Assembly (NCBI GenBank): GCA_946221825.1
Contig: CAMINA010000001.1
Span: forward strand, 1-42,992
Length of the DNA stretch: 42,992 bases
Origin: an uncultured Nesterenkonia sp.
GTDB taxonomy: Bacteria; Actinomycetota; Actinomycetes; Actinomycetales; Micrococcaceae
Direction of reading: 5' to 3'
Numbering within the stretch: the first letter of the stretch is position 1; each line of letters begins with the position of its first letter. The position numbers and the translations under genes are program-made. Shown here piece after piece: positions 28,201 to 36,481 of the stretch. The notes below the pieces were generated by a model. It was not told the origin of the DNA and did no database searches. It was given only the letters and a program-made list of their open reading frames with translations.

Positions 28201-30223
28201 GGGCTATGACCATAAGGCCATGGGCATCACCGCCCGGGGCGCCTGGGAGTCGGTGAAGTCCCACTTCGCCGAGCTGGGCACCGACACCCAGAGCGAAGAG
28301 TTCACCGTGGTGGCCGTGGGAGACATGGGCGGCGACGTCTTCGGCAACGGCATGCTGCTCTCCGAACACATCCGTCTGGTCGCAGCGTTCAACCACCTGC
28401 ACATCTTTATCGACCCGGACCCCGACGCCGCCGCCTCCTACGCCGAACGCCAGCGGCTGTTCGCTGCCTCCCGCTCCGGCTGGGACGCCTACGACGCCAG
28501 CCTCATCTCTGAAGGTGGCGGGGTCTTCTCGCGGACGGCCAAGAGCATCGAGATCACTCCGCAGATGCGGCAGCGCTTCGACCTGCCCGAGGGCACGCAG
28601 GCGATGTCCCCTCCGGAGCTGCTCAACGCCCTGCTGCGCTCGCCGGTGGACCTGTTCTACAACGGCGGCATCGGCACCTACGTGAAGTCCTCCGAAGAGT
28701 CCCATGAGGAGGTCGGGGACCGGGCCAACAACGCCATCCGTGTCGACGGTCGACAGCTGCGGGCCAAAGTCGTCGGAGAGGGAGGAAACCTGGGCCTCAC
28801 CCAGGCCGGTCGCATCGAGGCCGCCCAGCATGGTGTGCTGCTCAACACCGATGCGATCGACAACTCCGCCGGCGTCGACTCCTCGGACCACGAGGTCAAC
28901 ATCAAGATCATGCTGGATCAGCTGATCACCTCCGGCCATCTGCCGGAGGAGGAGCGCACAGAGCTGCTGAAGTCGATGACCGATGACGTCGCCCAGCATG
29001 TTCTGCAGACCAACAAGGATCAGAACGTGCTGCTGCTCACGGAGCGGCAGCGGTTGGGCGAATGGTCGCCGAGCTTCAAGCGTCTGATGCGTTGGCTGGA
29101 GGAGAGCGCAGGGCTGGACCGTGAGCTGGAGGTGCTCCCCACAGAGACAGAGCTGGAACGGCGCCACGAGGCCGGAGAGCGGACCCTGACCGCCCCGGAG
29201 CTGGCGGTGCTGACCGCCTACGCGAAGATCCAGCTCAAGTCTGCGCTGGTGGACTCGGCCCTGCCCGACGACGAATGGTTCGCCACTACGCTGGAAGGCT
29301 ATTTCCCGGGCCAGCTCACCGACCGTTTCTCCGAACAGCTGCCCCGGCACCCGCTGCAGCGAGAGATCATCGCCAATGTGGTGGCCAACGACGTCATCAA
29401 CATGGGCGGAGCGGCCTTCGTCTTCCGGGCCATGGAGGAGACATTCGCCGCAGAGGAACAGGTGGTCCGTGCCTTCGTCGTGGTCCGGGAGCTGTTCCGG
29501 CTCGATGAGTTCGACGCCGCCATGCGAGCCTTGCCGGTCTCCTTCCCGCGGGACCGCTGGGCCCTGATCTACCTGGACATGCGCCGTTTGCTGGACCGCG
29601 CGGTCCGCTGGGTGGTCAGTCATACGGCTGCCGACAGTGATTCGACCCGCGGCACCACGGTCCGCCAGGACGTGGAGACCTTCTCCGCCCACATCTCCTC
29701 GCTCTACGGCAATGTCGCCCAACACCTGCGCGGCGCCGACCGCAGCCGGGTGGAGTCCAAGCGGGAGGAGGCGCTGGCCGCAGGCATGGACGAGCAGCTG
29801 GCCGCATGGGTCTCGGAGCTCTTCGAGGCTTTCTCCCTGCTGGACATCGCTCTGCTCGCCCGCGAGCACGACCGCTCGGCCGATGAGGTGGCCGGCATCT
29901 ACTACGCGGTCTATGCCGAGTTCCAGGTGGACAGTCTGCTGGACCGCATCACCGGACTGCCCCGTCTGGACAAATGGCAGGCATTGGCCCGTGGCGCCCA
30001 GCGCGATGAACTCTATTATGCGGTCCGGGAGATCACCGAGTCGGTGCTCCGCACCACCGAGGCGGGGGATCCGGGTCAGCGGCTGGAGGAATGGAAGCAG
30101 GCCAGCCACGCCAAGCTGGACCGCGCTGAGCGTCTGATGGCCGAGGTGGACGAGCTCGACGCCGACAACATCGCCTCGCTGACGGTGCTGCTGCGCCACC
30201 TGCGCGGACTCGTCGGATCCTGA
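25283..30223 (+). CDS. Large NAD-specific glutamate dehydrogenase (about 1646 aa)
   Basis: [117 protein letters not shown]. Confidence 0.96.
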   Translation: [1646 protein letters not shown]

Positions 30224-30242
30224 GGAACGAAGAGGGAGCCTG

Positions 30243-31760
30243 ATGGCCATCTACGAAGAGCCCCTGACGGGCCACCGGCACATCTCCGAGCGGGACATCG
30301 AATGGGTCCACGCCCTGGTGGGGGACTGGCAGCTGCTCTCGGATCTCGCCTTCTCTGATCTGGTCTTCTGGTTCCCCAGCACGGAGGACGGCTTCGTCTC
30401 CGCTGAGGAGCGTTCGTTCATCGCTCTGGCCCAGGCGCGGCCGTCCACCACCCAGACGCTGATCCACCGCGATGTGGTCGGGGACCGGATCCGCGCCGAC
30501 CTCAAGCCGATGGTGGAGAGGGCCTGGTCAGCCCAGGTGGTCACCAACTCCTCGGATCAGGGACAGCCCTCTCCGGCCAGGATGCGCGTCCAAGCAGTGC
30601 CGTTGGTGCGCTCAGGGCGGACCCTCGCGGTCATCACCCTGCACTTCTCTGTCGCGACGCTTCGCACGCCGTCCCGGCTGGAGCTGACCTACCGGCGCTG
30701 TGCCGAGGAGCTTCTCGCCATGGTCTCCGCAGGACGGTGGCCGGACACTGCGCAGGAGTTCACCGGCTACAGCGGCGCTCCGCGGGTGGGCGACGGCCTG
30801 CTTCGTCTGGACAGTCAGGGGGAGATCACCTTCGCCAGCCCCAACGCGGTCTCGGCTCTGCTTCGGCTGGGGGTCTCGGACGCTCTGGAGGGGCGCTCTC
30901 TGGCGAGCATCGGAGCGGAGCTGCAGCGGGCCACCGGCGTCGCCGTCGATGAGTCCCAGCCGCTGATGCTCACCGGCAAGCGAGCTATGCGGGCCGAGCT
31001 CGAAGCTCACGGAGCCACGGTGACTCTGCGATCGATCCCGCTCTACCGCGGAGAGGAGCGCTTTGCGGCACTGGTCCTCTGCCGCGACGTCACCGAGCTG
31101 CGGCGCCGGGACAAACAGCTGATGTCCAAGGACGCCACCATCAAGGAGATCCACCATCGGGTGAAGAACAACCTCCAGACGGTCTCGGCCCTGCTGCGCA
31201 TGCAGTCACGACGCATGGATTCTTCGGAGGGCCGTCATGGCCTGGAGCGGGCCATGCGCCGTGTGGAGACCATCGCGATGGTCCACGACTCTCTCTCCCA
31301 GGGATTGGAAGAGAGTGTGGACGTGGACGAGCTCATGCGCCGGCAGCTGCGGCTGGCCGCAGAGATGGCGCAGTCCGACCGCCAGGTGGTCACCGAGCTG
31401 GAGGGAAGCTTCGGACAGCTTCCTCCGGACATGGTGACCCCGTTGGCTCTGGTCGTCACTGAGATCGTCGCCAACGCGGTGGAACACGGCTTCGGGGACG
31501 GGGATCAGCAGCGCAGCGTACTGACGGTGAAGACCTCGGTGCACCGTCATACCGACGCCGCCGGGCGCCAGCGTCTGGATCTGGAGGTGCTCGATGACGG
31601 CGTCGGGTTGCCCGATGATCAGTGGGAGCCCGGCCTGGGACTGCAGATCGTCCAGACTCTGGTGCGCGGGGAGCTGTCCGGATCCATCGAGTGGACGACG
31701 GCGGAAGACACAAAGATGGGGACCCGGGTCATCCTCCGGGCCCCCATCATCGTTCCCTGA
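30243..31760 (+). CDS. pdtaS: Cytoplasmic sensor histidine kinase, PdtaS/Rv3220c-like
   Basis: DWQLLSDLAFSDLVFW, APRVGDG, FASPNA, KDATIKEIHHRVKNNLQTVSALL, DDGVG, GLGLQIV; convergent with whiB1. Confidence 0.85.
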   Translation: MAIYEEPLTGHRHISERDIEWVHALVGDWQLLSDLAFSDLVFWFPSTEDGFVSAEERSFIALAQARPSTTQTLIHRDVVGDRIRADLKPMVERAWSAQVVTNSSDQGQPSPARMRVQAVPLVRSGRTLAVITLHFSVATLRTPSRLELTYRRCAEELLAMVSAGRWPDTAQEFTGYSGAPRVGDGLLRLDSQGEITFASPNAVSALLRLGVSDALEGRSLASIGAELQRATGVAVDESQPLMLTGKRAMRAELEAHGATVTLRSIPLYRGEERFAALVLCRDVTELRRRDKQLMSKDATIKEIHHRVKNNLQTVSALLRMQSRRMDSSEGRHGLERAMRRVETIAMVHDSLSQGLEESVDVDELMRRQLRLAAEMAQSDRQVVTELEGSFGQLPPDMVTPLALVVTEIVANAVEHGFGDGDQQRSVLTVKTSVHRHTDAAGRQRLDLEVLDDGVGLPDDQWEPGLGLQIVQTLVRGELSGSIEWTTAEDTKMGTRVILRAPIIVP

Positions 31761-31791
31761 TCAGGGAGTGGGCGCTGGCGCGCCGCTGAGC

Positions 31792-31835
31792 TCAGCTGGC
31801 GCGACGGGCGCGGGCGGCACGCCGCTTGAGGGCAC
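31792..31835 (-). repeat. Duplicate of the whiB1 3' end (ALKRRAARARRAS-stop), synonymously recoded
   Basis: 22-bp exact repeat gcggcacgccgcttgagggcac at 31814-31835 and 31921-31942; remaining codons encode the same residues with different codons. Confidence 0.9.
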
Positions 31836-31855
31836 TCTGCTCCGCTTCCTCGCCG

Positions 31856-31882
31856 CCTTCGCACAGCGTCCGCTGTGCAAGG
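31856..31882. terminator. Hairpin between the two whiB1 3' ends
   Basis: gcacagcg-tc-cgctgtgc (31861-31878), extended by cctt/aagg with one bulge. Confidence 0.5.
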
Positions 31883-31898
31883 AAACCTGCTCGGGCGC

Positions 31899-32147
31899 TC
31901 AGGATGCGCGCCGCGCCCGCGCGGCACGCCGCTTGAGGGCACGGCGCTCATCTTCGCTCATGCCGCCCCAGACGCCGGAGTCCTGGCCGGTCTCCAGAGC
32001 CCACTGCAGACAGGTGTCCATCACGGGGCAGCGGCGGCAGACGCTCTTCGCCTCTTCGATCTGAAGCAGAGCGGGGCCGGTGTTGCCGACGGGGAAGAAG
32101 AGTTCGGGGTCCTTGTCCAGGCATGCTGCTCGACTGCGCCAATCCAT
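31899..32147 (-). CDS. whiB1: WhiB1 (WblE/WhcE-type) Fe-S transcription factor
   Basis: AAGGAG RBS; MDWRSRAACLDKDPELFFPVGNTGPALLQIEEAKSVCRRCPVMDTCL...GVWGGMSEDERR; four Cys. Confidence 0.95.
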   Translation of the reverse strand: MDWRSRAACLDKDPELFFPVGNTGPALLQIEEAKSVCRRCPVMDTCLQWALETGQDSGVWGGMSEDERRALKRRAARARRAS

Positions 32148-32320
32148 GGCGATCACTACTCCTTGTGCGCCGGAGAGGCGCGACTCGGGTTCTGAGCTGT
32201 GATGCGGTCCTCAACCCGGAGGGAGGCATGACTCATCAAGGTCACTCAGAGCTTGGGTGGGCAACTCGTGACGGCGTGACTTCAGGATCAAGAGGCCGTC
32301 CGTGAATTTCTTCGTAATCA

Positions 32321-32349
32321 AGGCTGACATGTTAACGACATGCAAACAA
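32321..32349 (-). promoter_or_regulatory. Candidate whiB1 promoter
   Basis: Minus strand TTGTTT-17 nt-CAGCCT with TG extension; CATGT-N5-ACATG inverted repeat in the spacer; AT-rich context. Confidence 0.35.
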
Positions 32350-32388
32350 GAGTCCACAACTAGGAAATACTGCCCGAACGGCATGGTG

Positions 32389-33693
32389 TTAGTCACATTG
32401 ATCAACGTGTTTTTCAGCCAGTTCCAACCATCTGGAACGGCGATCTCCAGTGTGCGCGGAGGGAAGCAGCGAGAGCAACACCCCAGCGACCCGGGCTCCC
32501 AGGTCGCCGCAGTCCGGCCGCGTCACAGCCTGTGTCCAGATCGCGTCGGCCACCTGTGGTACGGAGGCATAACCCTGCGGGTCCAGAGTCGGCAGAGTCA
32601 GCAGATGAGCGACCAGGCACGCCATATCGTCGGCTCGGTATCCGGGTCCCAGGGCGTCCACATCGATCAGTGCGGTGGGGGAGAGCTGCGGGCGTCCCTG
32701 AGCGCCTCGCCGCACGGCCGCGAAGATGTTGCCCGGGTGGAAGTCTCCGTGGGTGGGTACCACTGGACCCGGTGCGGGCTGCAGCCGGGCCCGGATACGG
32801 TGGATCAGCTGCCGCACACGGTCCGGGTCGGCTCCTGAACGCACAGCGACGGCGGCATAGTCCTCCAAGCGATCAGCCTGGGTCCTCCTGCGCGGCAGCT
32901 CCCGCACCGCTTGCCACAGATCCTCAGTCCAGAGCGCCTCCAGCGGAGCCGTGAGCTGCTCCGCGGACAGTCCGTCGAGGCTCTCCGCCTCGGTGCCCGA
33001 GCGGGTTCCCGGACGGTGCAGATGCTCGGTCAGCGGGCGTCCGGCAGCCTGCTCGATCAGAAGCACACCTTCCCCCAGATCGTGGGCGTTCGGCGCGCAG
33101 GCCAACAGCTGATGGCGCCTGAGCTGGTGCTCAACCCGCTCAGGACGTATGACTTTCACATAGACGGTCTCTGCGTCCCCGCCTCCGTCTGGAGCGGGGC
33201 CGAGAGGCCTGATCTGCGCGCGCAGCACGGCCCGCCGGAGTGGACGCAGCACCACCATCTGCAGCTCCTCGACCGTCACCGGTGCTGCCCGGCTGGCGCT
33301 GATCCGCTGCGCCAGGCGCTCGGAGTCACAGGCTGTACCCAACCCGGGGAGCTGCGGATCAGCGGGATGGGCCCAGAGGTGAACGGGTGCAGGGCCTCCG
33401 GCCCTGTCGGGGAACCCTGCACCGGGATCCAGGCGCACGGCTTCCACGGCATGACGCTGCTCAGCGGAGAGCTCTACAGTGCTGCCGACCAGGTGTAGGC
33501 CCACCGGGCCCGCAGCCGCGGGATCTCCGCGGCGCTGGGCCGAGACCTCGAAGATCGCGGAGGCCTCCGCGCCGGGACGCTCGAACAGGTGGGTCCGCTT
33601 CCAGGTGCTCAGCTCCAGGCCGGAGGCCTGCAGGGCCAGGCGCAGCAGTTCTCCTGCCTGCTCGCCGCGCAGCGGCCCATGTGGATCCTCCAT
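32389..33693 (-). CDS. Aminoglycoside-phosphotransferase-like (APH/kinase fold) protein
   Basis: YVKV, PTHGDFHPGNIF, LIDVD, DDMACLVAHL; CATAAT 7 nt before ATG 33693 (alternative start 33702). Confidence 0.8.
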   Translation of the reverse strand: MEDPHGPLRGEQAGELLRLALQASGLELSTWKRTHLFERPGAEASAIFEVSAQRRGDPAAAGPVGLHLVGSTVELSAEQRHAVEAVRLDPGAGFPDRAGGPAPVHLWAHPADPQLPGLGTACDSERLAQRISASRAAPVTVEELQMVVLRPLRRAVLRAQIRPLGPAPDGGGDAETVYVKVIRPERVEHQLRRHQLLACAPNAHDLGEGVLLIEQAAGRPLTEHLHRPGTRSGTEAESLDGLSAEQLTAPLEALWTEDLWQAVRELPRRRTQADRLEDYAAVAVRSGADPDRVRQLIHRIRARLQPAPGPVVPTHGDFHPGNIFAAVRRGAQGRPQLSPTALIDVDALGPGYRADDMACLVAHLLTLPTLDPQGYASVPQVADAIWTQAVTRPDCGDLGARVAGVLLSLLPSAHTGDRRSRWLELAEKHVDQCD

Positions 33694-33757
33694 CGTGTCC
33701 ATTATGCTCCGCTCGTGCCCCGGCGGCGTGCTCAGACAGCCGTGGGAGACTGAGCAG

Positions 33758-35215
33758 ATGACGCGCACGAAGTTTCGCCGCTGGTGGCGGCTCTTCACCG
33801 TTCGGGGCTGGATCCTGACCGCTGTCATCGGCCTGGCGGCGTTGGCCATGTCCACAGCCGGCTACACGGCTCATCTCATCCAGGACCTGCGTGTGGAGGC
33901 GCGGGTGGACGACGAGCTCCGCGCGTCGGCCGAGCAGTTCCGCCTGCTGGCCGAATCCGGAGTCGATCCCGCCACCGGTGAGCCCCTGGGCTCGCCCACC
34001 GATCTGGTGCGGGTGGCCACAGGTCGTCAGGTCCCCGGCAGCAACGGTGGGGTGTTGGGCATCGTGGACGGAAGGGCGGTCTACACCTCCTCAGTGGCAC
34101 CGCTGGATCTGGGGGCGGATACGGAGTTCGAGGACGCTCTGCGGCCGCTGACGGAAGAGGACGAGCCCGTGGTGGAGACCATCCGAACGGCGCAGACCAC
34201 CTATCGTGTGGCAGTGATTCCGGCCCATGGCGAGGGCGGGAGAGAAGAGGATGGGGGAGAGCAGGCAGCTCTGGCGTTGGCCTATGACCTGGACGCCGAG
34301 AAGCGCGACTTCTCGGAGATCTTCTGGGTCTATGCGGCGGTCTCTGCCGGCTCTCTGGGTGTAGTGGCGCTGGTCGGGTGGGCCGTGGCGGGTCGGCTGC
34401 TGCGCCCGGTCCGAGTTCTGGCCGACTCGGCGCGGAGGATCGGGCGTGAGGACCTCTCCGAGCGGATCCCTGTCACCGGCGAGGACGACCTGGCTGAGAT
34501 GACCCGGTCGGTCAATGAGATGCTTGAGCGCCTCGACGGAGCCTTTGCCGCGCAGCGGCAGCTGGTCAACGACGTCAGCCACGAACTGCGCACCCCGCTG
34601 ACCGTGATCAGTGGCCACCTGCAGGTGATGGACACCGCCGACGAGGCGGACGTCCGGGAGGCTCGAGACCTGACGCTGGACGAGGTCCAACGGATGAATC
34701 GCGTGATCGATGATCTGCTCACATTGGCCACAGCCGAACATCCGCAGTTCCTGCGCCCGGAGCCCACAGAGACGGAAGCACTGACGGAGGAGATCTTCGA
34801 GAAGGTCACTGGGCTGGGTGGACGTTCCTTCTCGCTCGGGTCCCATGCGCGGGGCCCGGTCGTGGTGGATCGTCAGCGCATCACCCAGGCGGTGCTGCAG
34901 CTGGCGGCCAACGCCGTGAAGTTCTCAGAGCCCGACTCAGCGATCGTGGTGGGCTCCAGAGCTGTCGGAGGCGATATCGAGCTATGGATCCGGGACGAGG
35001 GTCCTGGTATCCGTGAAGAGGACCGGGAGAAGATCTTCGAGCGGTTCGGACGGGCCGAGCCCTCCAAGCCCGGGGCCGGGTTGGGGCTCCCGATCGTCGC
35101 CGCCATCGCCCAGGCCCATGGGGGAGAGGTGCGCTGCGATTCAGAAGTGGGCAAGGGATCGACGTTCACGCTGCGGCTGCCGCGCAGCGGGCCCGCCGGT
35201 GTCGCGGCTGACTGA
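33758..35215 (+). CDS. Membrane sensor histidine kinase (HAMP-HisKA-HATPase), no adjacent regulator
   Basis: Two TMs, DDLAEMTRSVNEMLERL, DVSHELRTPLT, NAVKFS, DEGPGI, GAGLGLPIV, GKGSTF. Confidence 0.92.
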   Translation: MTRTKFRRWWRLFTVRGWILTAVIGLAALAMSTAGYTAHLIQDLRVEARVDDELRASAEQFRLLAESGVDPATGEPLGSPTDLVRVATGRQVPGSNGGVLGIVDGRAVYTSSVAPLDLGADTEFEDALRPLTEEDEPVVETIRTAQTTYRVAVIPAHGEGGREEDGGEQAALALAYDLDAEKRDFSEIFWVYAAVSAGSLGVVALVGWAVAGRLLRPVRVLADSARRIGREDLSERIPVTGEDDLAEMTRSVNEMLERLDGAFAAQRQLVNDVSHELRTPLTVISGHLQVMDTADEADVREARDLTLDEVQRMNRVIDDLLTLATAEHPQFLRPEPTETEALTEEIFEKVTGLGGRSFSLGSHARGPVVVDRQRITQAVLQLAANAVKFSEPDSAIVVGSRAVGGDIELWIRDEGPGIREEDREKIFERFGRAEPSKPGAGLGLPIVAAIAQAHGGEVRCDSEVGKGSTFTLRLPRSGPAGVAAD

Positions 35216-35686
35216 TCAGGAGTCCACGCTGGGGGCCGACCAGGTCTCCGCGCTGGGTGCAGACCAAGTCTCGGGAGTGGGCGGGGTGTCATAGCTGACC
35301 GCCGGCGGCGGTGCCACCGGCTGCTGAGACGCCGGAGCCTCGTAGGTCTGGTCGGGGTTCTGTTCCGCAGCGTCCTCATCCGGCTGGGGCGAAGACTCCG
35401 CCGTCTCCCCCGTCGCCTCCTCGTCGGGGGCAGGGGCTGCGGCCTCATCCTCGGGCTCGCCTCCACCTTCACCGTCGGGCTCGCCTCCACCTTCACCGTC
35501 GGGCTCGCCCTCGGTGTGTTCCAGGGCAGGGCTGGTGGATTCGGAAGACCGCGTGGACACTTCGACGGCGGGTCCCAGATCAACTCGGTCCTCAGCATCG
35601 GAGAGGGTGGCCGCCAGGGCGGTGCCGGCACCGATGGTGACCAGCCCCAACGCTCCGGTCACCACCCAGGTGGTCTGCCTGCTCAC
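35216..35686 (-). CDS. Small acidic exported low-complexity protein
   Basis: GAGGAG RBS before GTG; signal peptide ending ALA; E/P/A-rich body; WSAPSAETWSAPSVDS tail. Confidence 0.75.
   Translation of the reverse strand: MSRQTTWVVTGALGLVTIGAGTALAATLSDAEDRVDLGPAVEVSTRSSESTSPALEHTEGEPDGEGGGEPDGEGGGEPEDEAAAPAPDEEATGETAESSPQPDEDAAEQNPDQTYEAPASQQPVAPPPAVSYDTPPTPETWSAPSAETWSAPSVDS
35451..35509. repeat. 24-bp coding tandem repeat, about 2.5 copies (EPDGEGGG)
   Basis: tcgggctcgcctccaccttcaccg at 35451 and 35475, partial at 35499. Confidence 0.9.
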
Positions 35687-35722
35687 GGGAATCTCCTCAC
35701 AACGCAGCTGCTCTGATGGTCT

Positions 35723-35760
35723 CTCTCAGTCTGAGAGTCGAACATGAGAGCCGGATGAGA
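35723..35760 (-). promoter_or_regulatory. OmpR/MprA-like direct repeat TCTCAT-N5-TCTCAT plus -10 CAGACT
   Basis: ATGAGA at 35744-35749 and 35755-35760 (11-bp period); palindrome ctctcag-t-ctgagag 35723-35737 overlapping the -10-like hexamer. Confidence 0.55.
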
Positions 35761-35778
35761 AAGGTGAGCCGTACAGGC

Positions 35779-36386
35779 TCAGACGCCGGCCTCGTACTTC
35801 TCCAGCTGAAGGTCAGCGGTCTCCTCGAGGTAGTCATCGCCCTCGCCCATGGAGACGACCATCAGGGTGTTTGCGCCGTACTGGAGGGTGAGGACGCTCA
35901 GATCGAACTCTGCTGCGGGCTCCCCGCCCATCGACGTGGCTGAGCTGAGGACCATGCCCTCCCAATCGCCGTGCTCCAGGTGCTCGAAGGAGTGCTCGTT
36001 GATCATTCCCATCTCTTCGTCCTCCTGGGTGAAGGTCTCGCCTTCGCACTCCTGGATCAGGTCATAGCCGTCGGAGGTGTCGATCTCCTCGGAGGAGCTC
36101 ATGATGCCGGTCTGCAGCAAGCTGGGAGTCTGAGACTCCATGTTCCACAGGCCCTGGTTGAGGACGGTGGTGACCTCAGGGCCGTGGCGCCCTCCTCGGC
36201 CTCCTCCGCGGCCTCGTCGCCGTCGGTGTCCTCACCGTTCTCCTCGGTCTCCTCAGCTGCAGGCTCCTCAGCGGCCGCGTCATCAGCAGGCGCGTCGTCG
36301 GCGTCGTCATCGCCGCAGGCGGTGAGGAAGAGCGCCGAGACGCTCAGAACTGCGGTGCCTCACCAGAGTCGCTTGGTCGTGTCCAT
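35779..36386 (-). pseudogene. Disrupted acidic lipoprotein gene
   Basis: MDTTKRLW-TGA-GTAVLSVSALFLTACGDDD: in-frame stop at 36360-36362 in the signal peptide; frame switch near 36180 into PEVTTVLNQGLWNMESQ...KYEAGV. Confidence 0.75.
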
Positions 36387-36481
36387 TCCCCGAGTTTCCT
36401 TTCACCTGCCCCTGATGAGTGCCGGTGTGGCTCAGCTTACGACATGTGGGGTGGGCGGCGTGTTAAGCGAGAATGTCACCC

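Noticed and set aside
25301..30250. 1649-aa antisense ORF spanning glutamate dehydrogenase
   Set aside because: Uses the same triplets as the sense gene; antisense stops need TTA/CTA/TCA sense codons, which GC-rich genes avoid. Shadow ORF with no motifs
31814..31942. whiB1 repeat pair as a DGR template/variable repeat or CRISPR
   Set aside because: Differences are synonymous rather than adenine-specific, only two copies, no reverse transcriptase or cas genes
32382..32397. CRP/GlxR site upstream of whiB1
   Set aside because: Only the TCACA half matches (CATGG-N6-TCACA) and it overlaps the upstream gene end
32389..33693. Aminoglycoside resistance gene
   Set aside because: Only generic kinase-fold motifs; longer than typical APH resistance enzymes and not in a mobile context
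36360..36362. In-frame TGA as selenocysteine or programmed readthrough
   Set aside because: Lies in a signal peptide and the gene has a second lesion; nonsense mutation is simpler
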